NCBI GenBank assembly: GCA_032718475.1
Contig: JAUCBJ010008738.1
Coordinates: 1 to 40,071, forward strand
Source of the DNA: Nemertoderma westbladi
Lineage: Eukaryota > Animalia > Xenacoelomorpha
Direction: 5' to 3'
Length of the DNA stretch: 40,071 nt
Below the pieces are notes generated by a model. That model saw only the letters and a list, made by a program, of their open reading frames with translations, was not told the origin of the DNA and searched no databases. Positions 11,727 to 21,871 of the stretch are shown here, in pieces; the first letter of the stretch is position 1, and each line of letters opens with the position of its first letter. Made by a program: the position numbers and the translations under genes.

Positions 11727-12486
11727 CAAAAAAATATTTTTTTTTTCATGTCCCTTTAGGGGCTCCGTAAGTTCTAGTGTCTTTGTAAAAAATACTTTGT
11801 AATATTTCGTATGAATTATATAGCTTTACCAAGGTTGTATTATATCATTGGTTGAACTGGTCATAACTACAATTGAACCATTAGTTTATTCTAAAATTAT
11901 ATATGCAATATAGTTAATTATTCTATAAAATTATTAATATTATTGTGCCAAAATTGTACTCATATTAATGATGTTTTTGTTTTAATAAATTATAATATTA
12001 ATAACTTAGAAATTAGTGCCTACGCAAACCCCTCCCTTATAAATAACAGCCAAGAGAGAGGATCCTGTGGGTTATTTCGTGTTTCACACTTTTAATTTGC
12101 CTTGCCCCATACAGTTATTCTGCTGTCTACAGCATTACTACCTGAAGTAGGTATTTCAACTATTTATTCATATTGATTCCACTTTCTTGTACCGGTACGC
12201 CAAAGTCACCATCCGTGGATTATGTAACGGCTGGCACATTTTATGGCAGGAAAGTACGTGGTGTCCTATCAGTCTCGTTTCTTTTTTTTATAAACACCAA
12301 TCATTTATTCATACAGTATACTGTTCCTTTTATTAACATTGCGCTACTTTGCATCCACTATGATGTAATACCCGTTACTAAAAGCCGGTACGTGGCAACT
12401 TTCTGAGCAACTTGATGAAAAATTCTGGTTGTCGAACAAAAAAGTTGAGACGTGTACACTTGCTTTAATGCACATGTATTACTTTG

Positions 12487-12494
12487 TATAAATA
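12487..12494 (+). promoter_or_regulatory. Candidate TATA box of the FReD host gene
   Basis: TATAAATA ~130 bp upstream of the ATG at 12617; AT-rich context lowers specificity. Confidence 0.3.
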
Positions 12495-12616
12495 TATAGC
12501 CTACTGTACTGTATATACACATACAGAAGGTAATGTTTATTTACGTTGTTACATTCAATCACAGAGAAGTTTGCATTTTCCTTCGTGAAGAGTAAATCGT
12601 TTACTGTAACTCTACA

Positions 12617-12736
12617 ATGTTAAAGGCAATGTCGTCTCTACTCCTGTTAACGTCTCTAATCGTGGCAGCTCTTTTAGCTGTTGAGTGCCTTGGAGAAAAC
12701 AGTCGGGACTCAGACGAATTGGTTAAAAGAGACACT
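12617..12736 (+). CDS. Coding exon 1 (signal peptide plus propeptide) of a secreted fibrinogen-related protein
   Basis: MLKAMSSLLLLTSLIVAALLAVECLG is signal-like, followed by ..ELVKRDT and a consensus GTAAGT donor at 12737 (phase 0). Confidence 0.72.
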
Positions 12737-12799
12737 GTAAGTTCGTTCTTAAAGCAAAATTGTCATACAATATGTACCGTATATTTTTGTGTAACAATA

Positions 12800-13274
12800 A
12801 TTTTAGAGCTACTGAATATAAACTACAATTATTAAAACTATGTACTGGCCACTCTATTCTCTGTACCCCATTTTCGAAGACCAAACTCCAAATAAACATA
12901 AATTTACTAGATACTTACGATAGTACTGTAAAGAATGGATCAACTTTGCTGAAAATTCTTGAATTGGTAGATACATCAAATTACCATCCGTGAACATCCA
13001 GTCTTTTGCATTATTTACCAAAAATCATCAGGTTCTAAATACAGATTCGATTCCAACGCCCCTGAGAATTATTGTATTTCACTGTTCCACTCGAACCAAC
13101 AGTCATAACCAAAGTCTAAATGATAGTTTGTATTCAGGTTCTAATTTAAATAATTTGTTGTGCAATTTAATATTACGTTTTAGACTTCAACCTTATTGTA
13201 CGCTATTGCGGAAATTGAAAAAGCATTTTTAAACAAGTAGGACTTAATGTATCAGACCGTTATTGTACACGTTT
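12800..13274 (+). pseudogene. Decayed BEL/Pao reverse transcriptase relic, 5' part (interrupted by element B)
   Basis: HQVL..TPLRIIVFHCS..SLNDSLYSGSNL..LILRFR..(A)EIEKAF..DRYCTRF with frameshifts; continues at 24654. Confidence 0.8.
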
Positions 13275-14473
13275 TGTAAAAGCTTTTGCTGAATTGTCCG
13301 GTTATTTTTCCTTATTTTTCCCGTAAAATACTCTGTAGTTGGTTTACCAGGCATAAAAAGGCCGTGTCCTTGCTGTACTGGTGTTTTAGCGGACATAAAA
13401 GCTATTTCTTCTGTATTTGTACTTTAGAGGACATAATCCGTAATTCCGTGACGTAAAAGCTCGATACTCTTGAAAACAGTGTCGCTACCATGACGACGGC
13501 TAGCAGCTGATATTGCCACGTCGACGTTTCTTTGTTTCTTTGTTCTCTCGTTGTTCAGGTTGACCAATCAGAGCGTTTGTTGTCTCTGTGTTGGAGGTGT
13601 ATACAGAAACTCAGTAGTTCAGTGTTATGTTTTGCCCAGAGCCTAAGAACCGGCTTTTGGCACCTCCGTGTTTTCAGTTTTTAGTCCTACACTAGTAGGC
13701 TTAATTATAAAGACATATATCCGTTATCTGATGTCTGATCTCAACATACCTCAACTCATAACATACCATACCTAATCAAACAACCTGTGCATACTTTTAT
13801 ATTGTTATGCTGCTATTTACTGTCGGTTCTTCATAATATGGTTGATGAATTATTATATTTGGAATAACGACAAATAACCCCGAAAACCCAATATTCTTGA
13901 TATACCGAAGGTAAGAGAGAAGGGTTACAGATAAATGATTGCGACTTATGTTGAGTGGTTTGAAGTGAATCTAATGTTATTTGATAGACCCTACATGATT
14001 CGGTCCGTGTTCCTTTTATATGTGACTAAAATCAGTGAAGATCGGCAGATCAGTGTGCAGTATTGTGCAGCATTGTGTATGAGTGAGACTGATAACGAAG
14101 CATTTCCTAAAGAATGCGCCATATATGTGAATTATAACTAAGCCATATCGTTGTGAGTAGTTTAAGTCATAACTCTTTTTATATAGATAGAGCGCCACGT
14201 CCTAAAGGAACTGTTAATATTTCCCGAAGGTGAATAATATTGTCAGAGATTATATAATACTGTCAGTCGAATAATACATTAGGCTTACATAGCAATAAAA
14301 TTAAGCCGTCGAACCCAATCTCCCGGGTATATCCAGCGGGTGAATGATCGCGCACAGATTGGTTTCGACTAGTGTAGTGAATTAAATACTTGTCATAGAC
14401 TAAAGGTGATTTATTATCTAGAAGACATCCTAATTTGGCGGGTTAAACTGCCAAAGGTCTGAAAGCGCAAACA
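13275..14473 (+). repeat. 5' LTR of element B
   Basis: Direct repeat of 23450-24648; only 2 differences noticed by eye (13833/24008 and 14469/24644); AATAAA at 14294. Confidence 0.97.
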
Positions 14474-14485
14474 ATAACGGATATA
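14474..14485 (+). promoter_or_regulatory. Non-tRNA primer-binding position of element B (ATAACGGATATA)
   Basis: Immediately 3' of the LTR, has no TGG, and is the exact reverse complement of TATATCCGTTAT at 13716-13727 (and 23891-23902). Confidence 0.7.
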
Positions 14486-14543
14486 GCTTCTTTATTGCAG
14501 TAAGCAATAAAGTTGAAAGTACCGGTCAACCGGTAAACCTGAA

Positions 14544-14667
14544 CGGTACATCTGTAGGTCAGTAGGCCCAACTGCCAGAACCGGTACTGCTGTAGGCCCG
14601 TAGGTCCAACTGCCAGAACCGGTACTTCTGTAGGTCCGTAGGCCCAACTGTCCTAACCGGTACTTCC
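14544..14667. repeat. 38-bp tandem repeat (~3 copies) in the leader of B
   Basis: CCGGTACT(G/T)CTGTAGG(C/T)CCGTAGG(T/C)CCAACTG units. Confidence 0.85.
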
Positions 14668-14842
14668 GTATAAGTACATTAGTATTATTCGACTTGATTG
14701 TTGTATACCGGTAGGCTGTTTAAGAGATTAGGGACTGTACACCCCTTGTTTCTTTTGGAGCTTACTTATTTCTGTCAGTTTTATTTATTTGTAGGCCAGT
14801 ATTGAACAGAAGGCGTGTAAACCTGATCAGATTGTACAGACG

Positions 14843-15415
14843 ATTTGTAGGCTGAGCTGTTGTCTGATTGCTGTTAAGTCCGAACGAATTGCAGTGTGTG
14901 TAGATCACCTGTCCGATTAAGTACGGTTAGGAAGTAGGGGCAGCGAATGCTGTAAGGTAAACCCCCAATTAAAGAATAAGTCGTACTACTGGGTTAGAAC
15001 GCATACTCCCTAATCATTTCGGAGTCTGCATGTCCTGTAGTTTATTTAGGCTTGAGAGTAGTCTGACATCGTTTAGTCTGTACTTTGTTTGTGTAAGTCC
15101 GTACAGGTAGCGTATAATATTTATTTAGATAATTTGTAGGCTGGATAGTTGTCTGGCTGCTATTAGGTCTGAACGGATTGTAGTGTGTGTAGAGCCTCTG
15201 TCCGATTAAGTACGGTTAGGAAGTAGGGGCAGCCAGTGCGGTAAAGTAAACCCCCAATTAAAGAATAAGTCGTACTACTGGGTTAGAACGCATACTGCCT
15301 AATCATTTCGGAGTCTGCATATACCGTAGTTTGTTTAGGCTTGATAGTAGTCTGTCGGTATTTGGTCTGCATTTTGTTTGAGTAGTTTGTACGCGTAGCG
15401 TAATATTTATTATTC
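14843..15415. repeat. ~290-bp diverged tandem duplication in the leader of B (single copy in A)
   Basis: ATTTGTAGGCTG...GTCCGATTAAGTACGGTTAGGAAGTAGGGGCAGC...TAATATTT occurs at 14843 and again at 15132. Confidence 0.85.
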
Positions 15416-16727
15416 AGAGTTTATGCGATTATTCGCAACATTCATATTCCCCAAGTTTGTTCCTACAGTAATTGTGTTTGTTATACATACCGTTATAGTT
15501 AAATTAACCCCGGTACTACACGGGCTGCTTGGCGTAGGTAAAGACTGGTGATTTTGTGCATCGGTCACTCCAGCAGATGCCGTGGTTCTTTTAGCTGTTC
15601 AAGTATATTTAACTACTGATTATCTGTTGTACAAGTACTCGTACCTAATTTAGGGTTTAGTGTACAGTGCTTTCCGAAAGTAATTATTGTAGGCATTATA
15701 TTTGTGTTGTAAAGTGGTTGATAGGCACGTTCGATTAGCTCTATTAACTTCTAGGTAGGAACACTCCGTGATACATAACGTAGAACCTATAGCGATACGG
15801 CCATAGGTCGTCAGGCGGTGGTATTTTCCTATCTAGACAGCGCAGTGTATTTACTACTACGTATTATTTCAAATACCGCAGTACCCTGTCCGTTGTAATA
15901 ACCAGATTTCTAACCCTTTGTTAGGCTGGTTTGTAGACTTCTTGTAAAATTACCCTAAAAATTCGTATTTTGTGTTTTTTGTAAATTTTTGTGTTTATTT
16001 AGAGATCGTGATCTCAACCCGAATTGTACGTAATTTGTAGTATTAAGTAACTTAGGTAAATTAGAATTATTTGTTTTAGTGTCCTATAAGTAACACTTCA
16101 CTGAAAGCGTACCGCTTTGTGTAGTGATTACTCCCCAGAAATAATAACATTTATTTCAAATATTGACAAAGCCCATTAAAACGGGTATATATATATTATA
16201 AATCAAATCTAACGATTTATAAATAGTAGGCCTACCATATAACCATTAGGTCTCAATATCAGTTGGACTACTGTTCAAATAACGGTAATAAAGTAAGTAA
16301 AGTAACAAAGTAACCCTAAAGTTCAGAAATTCAATTATTTAAAATAATTGATATACCGGTATTTACGATAGGCCTATTATCTTTATTTCTGTAAATTTAG
16401 ACTGAAATTATACCGGTACTTGTAATTAATTCTAGTCCAGAATTATATATACTACAAATTGTAAGCTGTATACCGGTATTCCCGATAGGCCTATTATATA
16501 TTTATATATATTTGTGCTAAAATTATACCGGTATTCTGAGATAAACCTAGTCTGTAATAATACTTATATATACTATAAGCATACCGGTATTCTAATATAT
16601 TATATATATATCACGCTACACTGAGTAGCAGTATCGGTAATTAATTACTAGGCTAGCAGTTAATACTGAATTACTAGACTTGCTTAGACTGTAATATAGC
16701 AGTAGGCATTCAACTGTACAAACAAAA

Positions 16728-19700
16728 ATGTCTGACACAAAACGGGCACTGTCAGATAGTCTTTTGGAAGGTGTTAGAATCAGCCTTAGACTTGGACAGG
16801 GTCTTGAAAGGAAGATGGCAGAGGCAATGGCAACAGCAGAAGCGAAAAGAAAGGCGGCAGAGGCAATGGCAACAGCAGAAGCGAAAAGAAAGGCGGCAGA
16901 GGCAATGGCAACAGTAGAAGCGGAAAGAAAGATAGAGACACCTGTACTCCCAGAACCTGCCTATAAATTCCCTTTGTACAGTACTAAACTACCTGTGCCC
17001 AGTAGGACTGTTCCCGAGTCCGAACCCATCCTGGACGCCGAGCGAGATATTAAGAATTTATCACCCGTCGTCTCTCGCTCGCCCGCTACAACGTTGGCGA
17101 CTCCCGCTTCGGCGGTTGAGTGGGTAGCTGAGGGACGACGGGAGATGGGTCTCCTGCTCGAGCAGCTGAGGGAACACTGTTTGTGCTCCTCTCAGCAGGT
17201 CCGGGAAATGGAAGAGACTGTTCAGCAGCTCAAGGGAACAGTAAGGGAAAGTAGGTTAGAGTTGCAAAAGGTGCAGCAAAGTATCGCGTTAGAATGCGAT
17301 AAATTAGTGAACATACAAAGGGGTATAACACCACCCCCTGTAACAATGTGTCAACCCGTTAGGTCTGAAGTATTTCATGCGCAAGGTGTGGAGCCTACAC
17401 GCATCTATACTGCTAGTGAAGTAGAAACTCCTATAGTAAACCCTATTCAGGGTAATTATAAACCTGTTGATAATAATATTCCATATAGACCTGATCATAA
17501 TCCGAGAAATTTATATACCGATAATTCTATATTCAATAATACGATGGCTCAAGAAAGTTTTACGCGTCAAATGGCTAGAACCGAAGCCCGGCAAGCGGTA
17601 AAGGTTGGAGAGATCGTCAAGTTCAATGGAGATGAGATGAAATGGTTACCTTTTAATGAATATTACAAAGATAACATACAGAACTCTGTACTATCTAACG
17701 GAGAGAAACTTAGATTCCTCATCGAATGTTTGGAAGGACCTCCCAAGTCAATGGCGTTAAAATTTATTGGACATCCAGATGGATTAAGACAAGTTTGGGA
17801 TACACTAAACATCAGGTATGGTAATAAGACTAACATAGCTAGGTATCTATATGCGAAATTAATGGTGCCCCGAAAGTTTCTTAGCAGCGGGATTATAGAG
17901 TTTTCCGATGAGATTCAGGAGATCTGTAGACAACTAGATTGGTTAGGTAAGTCTCATGAATACCAGAATTCTATGGTTGTAGGAGCCTTAGCATCTACTT
18001 TGCCCAAGGGTGGAGTAGGTACACGCTGGGACAAGAAGGTGTTATATATGATGGAACAACAACAACGAGACCCTACCATGGCTGATCTCATGTCATTCCT
18101 GGATAGCGAGGTGAAATTACAGCTCATAAAGCAGTCCAGAGAGAAGACAGCGGAAAGTAAGGTAAGTGAGAAACCCGTTTCTAGGAGAAGGGTAACACCA
18201 GTATGTTATACCGACGACGGTGAAAGCCAAACTTCTCAAGGAGAGGACAGCGGGAAAGACACTGACAGATCTTATGTCAATAAAATGCCTAAAGATCAGG
18301 TAAGTAAATCCAAGTCTCGACCCAATGACAGAAGGGAACCGGTACAAAAAACCCCTCCTACATCTCCTAAAAGAATTCAGGTGAGAAAGCCCGAGGAAAG
18401 AACAAGTGTGCACCACACAGCACATGTTAAAGTAAGTAACATCAAGCCCAAATGTGTGCTGTGCGACGGGCCCCACCGTTTAAATGCGTGTGATAAATTA
18501 CTGAGGAAATCACTAAAGGATAGACGTGAAGTCATGTGGGATAAGCGGTTGTGTTATAATTGCCTCAGACGAGGACACCAACGGCGAACCTGTAACTCCG
18601 ACGCAAGGTGTGCAAAGTGCGGCGCAAAACATCATATCTTGTTGCACACGGAATTCGAACGAAACAGCCCGAGTCAGGTAAGTGAGTCCGAACTACATGT
18701 CCAATTCAGTGATGTGAACGACACTGATCAATCTGAGATGGAAGGATTCTATACGGACGAGTTCTCCGACCAAAACGAATCCTGTTACCTAATAAACACC
18801 ACCGCAGTGTATCGAGCACTCGTGTATGAAAAAGACACAGACAGCGACCTCACCCTAACTACTTCAGATCAACAACCATCTTGGAAAGCGCCAACTTCCA
18901 ATATAGGAATCCGAGAATTTCCTGTAGTCCAGTTACGGGTCCACGGACCTCAGAAGAGCTATATAGTGAATGCCCTCCTGGACTCCGGTAGCACAGGAAC
19001 ATTCATCGATAAAGAGCTAGCCGAAGATATATTTGCTGGACAGCCCAAGTTCCAAACTAAGCTCAACATGTCTGGCATTATGCAAGTTTGGAAATCTACA
19101 ATAACAGCTGATTATTATGTAGGCGCGTTGTCCACCCCACAAGACGAACTAGGAGAACACAGCATAAGGTCAGTGAAAATGGTGGCTATAAAGAACTTCG
19201 CTACTACTCAAGCAGACCTTTATAATTGGGACGAGGATGAGAGCATTCAACATCTTAACATACCTCGATTCCAGACTGATTATCCTGGAGTGCAAATACT
19301 CATCGGCCAAAACGCGCATGAGGCGCTGGAGACATTAGAGAAACGACCTGCTCAACCGCAGCCACTACAGACCTATGCGGTAAGAACTAGAGTAGGTTGG
19401 TACCTTACTGGACCTTCCCGCAGAACGCTCAGGGAAAGACTGCTTCAAGATCGCGTCTGCCAGGTGAGTGAATGGGAAGATGATACTGGTGAGGGAGACG
19501 ACCCAACTGAGGGAACACCACACTCCTCAGATAATGACAATCTTAGCTCCAATGTAGATCAATGGAGATATTGCCCCAAGAAGTTTAATCCAACGGACAT
19601 CGCTTCCAGAGGAGCAACTCCTCAAGAACTGACAGATACTATAGACCGGTTAGGTGAACCCGACTTCCTGAGTAAGGAGAATGAATGGCCTCCCCATCTT

Positions 19701-20192
19701 ACTCCGACTGAGATTAGACCAGCCAAGGGAGCGGAGAAAGTTAAACCTAAAACCCGGACGGGTGGAGCGGAGTTATTTGAACCCGGGATAGATCTGTCGG
19801 TATTGCATATTGCCAGGGATGACGCCGTGGATTTGGACCTCCCCACCGCGAGTGGATCCTTCATGAAGATCAGAGAGAGCGATTGGAGCTCTGGAACATC
19901 AGACGTCTCGCAGGGACTCTCACCTCTCCTGCAGAGAGCGACGGACCACTATAGCTCCTGGAATCGGCTTTGTGATGCCGCCATATACTTTGAGCGATGT
20001 TTCTATCGTCACTATTCCAGGACGAAGAGGAAACCTGAAATTGTATTCAGGATGCAGCGACTCAATCATCCAGTCGGTCGTTTGTGTTTACCGGAAGGGA
20101 ATGGAGGACTCTCCGGAAACTGTGGAAGGCAAGATTCTCATCCCACGACCACCTCCCTAATCCTTCAAACATCTAGGGACTCCATAACGTAA
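16728..20192 (+). CDS. Gag-protease polyprotein, 1154 aa; no RT or integrase
   Basis: Same motifs as 207-5132 (Gag core, three Cys/His knuckles, LLDSGS protease), with a shorter N-terminus containing three AEAMAT(A/V)EA repeats. Confidence 0.93.
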   Translation: MSDTKRALSDSLLEGVRISLRLGQGLERKMAEAMATAEAKRKAAEAMATAEAKRKAAEAMATVEAERKIETPVLPEPAYKFPLYSTKLPVPSRTVPESEPILDAERDIKNLSPVVSRSPATTLATPASAVEWVAEGRREMGLLLEQLREHCLCSSQQVREMEETVQQLKGTVRESRLELQKVQQSIALECDKLVNIQRGITPPPVTMCQPVRSEVFHAQGVEPTRIYTASEVETPIVNPIQGNYKPVDNNIPYRPDHNPRNLYTDNSIFNNTMAQESFTRQMARTEARQAVKVGEIVKFNGDEMKWLPFNEYYKDNIQNSVLSNGEKLRFLIECLEGPPKSMALKFIGHPDGLRQVWDTLNIRYGNKTNIARYLYAKLMVPRKFLSSGIIEFSDEIQEICRQLDWLGKSHEYQNSMVVGALASTLPKGGVGTRWDKKVLYMMEQQQRDPTMADLMSFLDSEVKLQLIKQSREKTAESKVSEKPVSRRRVTPVCYTDDGESQTSQGEDSGKDTDRSYVNKMPKDQVSKSKSRPNDRREPVQKTPPTSPKRIQVRKPEERTSVHHTAHVKVSNIKPKCVLCDGPHRLNACDKLLRKSLKDRREVMWDKRLCYNCLRRGHQRRTCNSDARCAKCGAKHHILLHTEFERNSPSQVSESELHVQFSDVNDTDQSEMEGFYTDEFSDQNESCYLINTTAVYRALVYEKDTDSDLTLTTSDQQPSWKAPTSNIGIREFPVVQLRVHGPQKSYIVNALLDSGSTGTFIDKELAEDIFAGQPKFQTKLNMSGIMQVWKSTITADYYVGALSTPQDELGEHSIRSVKMVAIKNFATTQADLYNWDEDESIQHLNIPRFQTDYPGVQILIGQNAHEALETLEKRPAQPQPLQTYAVRTRVGWYLTGPSRRTLRERLLQDRVCQVSEWEDDTGEGDDPTEGTPHSSDNDNLSSNVDQWRYCPKKFNPTDIASRGATPQELTDTIDRLGEPDFLSKENEWPPHLTPTEIRPAKGAEKVKPKTRTGGAELFEPGIDLSVLHIARDDAVDLDLPTASGSFMKIRESDWSSGTSDVSQGLSPLLQRATDHYSSWNRLCDAAIYFERCFYRHYSRTKRKPEIVFRMQRLNHPVGRLCLPEGNGGLSGNCGRQDSHPTTTSLILQTSRDSIT

Positions 20193-20499
20193 CAACATAT
20201 GGAGTGGGTGTATGACTCTATTATTTTATATTATTTTATTATTTTTATATTTCTGTATGTATTACTATGTAATTTTATTATAATCGTTTTCTTTAATTCT
20301 ATTCAGTAGAATGTTATTTTAGCGATTATTTAGTAGATTAGTGCAATATATATTCGCGTTTATTACTTAATTACGTATGTATTATATTTAGTGCGACGGC
20401 AAGGGATAATTCTTTTCTCTTTCCTTACGGTGTCCGTATCATATTATAAATACGTGACTACAGTAAGATGAAATGTCCGTACTTATTAAAGTACAATAA

Positions 20500-21290
20500 A
20501 GCCACTACTATATTCAAGTATTATTGGTAGGCAGAGTATTAGGAATGCAAAGTTCAGATCCTCGTGTCTCGGCTAAACCAAGCTCTGGGTAGACCTTGGA
20601 AATGACTTGCCTCTTCACACTGACATTGCTTCGTGCGATATTGCTCTCATACCGTATATTAAATAATACATATAGTAGCGTGATGTCCCTTTAACAGTAG
20701 CGTATAACGCAAAATAAATCTGTTAAACCCTTTGACCATCTGTAATTCTAGTCGATTAAGATATCGTGGCACCCACCGATATACTTGAAAGACAAATTAT
20801 AGAATCAGTGGTTAACGTCCCCAGACAAGTTCTGGAATAAATCGGTGCCCATCTCAAATATTAATTATTTAATATTTGCAAATCTAATAAGTCAAAATCT
20901 GTAAAATTCAGATCCTTCAACAATTCTAGTCAATTAAGATATCGTAGCATTTACCGATATTCTTAAAAAGACAATTGTCATAGAATTAAGGATCTTGTGT
21001 CCCCAGACATGTTCTAGAATCAAAATATGTCAATTTAATTATCAAATAATAAAATTTCAGGGAATAAATTTAAATTCATACCTTTTAATGAATTTAATAA
21101 ATTGCCATTTTTACGCAATTTATAACATTCCCAAAATTCCATTAATTAATAGATCAAGGGAGCGGAGATTTATCTTATTATGCGTATGAGTGTGCGAAAG
21201 TCTCCCAAACATAGTCAATAGCCGATAAAATTCATAAAGTCATGTATAAAACAGGACATTGACCATTAAAGAATTACTATTAAATAACAT
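20500..21290 (+). pseudogene. Heavily decayed BEL integrase remnant (tentative)
   Basis: TCLFTLTLLRAILL at 20605-20646 resembles the CLFTCxxTRAVHLE motif; PDKFWNK at 20821 resembles ADxFWxRW; no open frame. Confidence 0.4.
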
Positions 21291-21871
21291 CCCAGATCTG
21301 TATGCATTGGAATTACCCTAATTCTACCGCTAGCTTTGCATAATGTCACCATAGCAACAACCACGCTAGAATTAGAATTGAGTTAAAAGAACAATAGAAA
21401 GCTTGTCCCATTGAATAGCATAGGGAATAAATAGTGCACTGCTAGTATCCAAGGATACATGATAATAACGTGACATTCTGGAAGGCACTGACTAACGGAC
21501 AAGTGACCCGAGTGTGTGTAATTTGTGACAAGTTGTGTGTGTGGTATTTGTGAGTTTATAGGCGAATGTTACTACTAAGGTGTGTTTACAGTAGCGAGTC
21601 GCAATTGTGAAAGTAACCCTAACTCTCCAGTAAGAACCTGAGGTGTATCTAAGCCTTTGGGACGGACAGTCGAGTGACTTGTGCCGGTTGTCTTTGTCGT
21701 TGTGCGGCTACGTCGTTGGCGAAAGTACAGCGGCGACGACACATCGGCGCTGAGGATCTCGTACTGTCCGGGGGTTGATTGGGGTAGGCAGCGATGCCCG
21801 CTCGCCTAAATATAAACTCATTATAATATGGATAAACTCATATATAGCAGATATGACGGAGTTGATAGAAG

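Larger units (their letters stand above)
10144..11769 (-). mobile_element. Rearranged IS3EU-type DNA transposon remnant (terminus, subterminal repeats, transposase pieces)
   Basis: Terminus TACGGAGCCCCTAAAGGGACATG at 11769 (-); 21-bp subterminal array; N-terminal LISTYFNLGLTYGQI on the minus strand; DDE core on the plus strand. Confidence 0.7.

Noticed and set aside
13935-14198. Short ORFs repeated at 7364-7621, 13935-14198 and 24110-24373
   Set aside because: They recur only because they lie in the LTRs; they are 60-68 aa with no motif.
1-20396. Inverted repeat as an assembly artefact
   Set aside because: The arms differ by many substitutions, large in-frame indels and distinct U3 regions, as expected for independent insertions.
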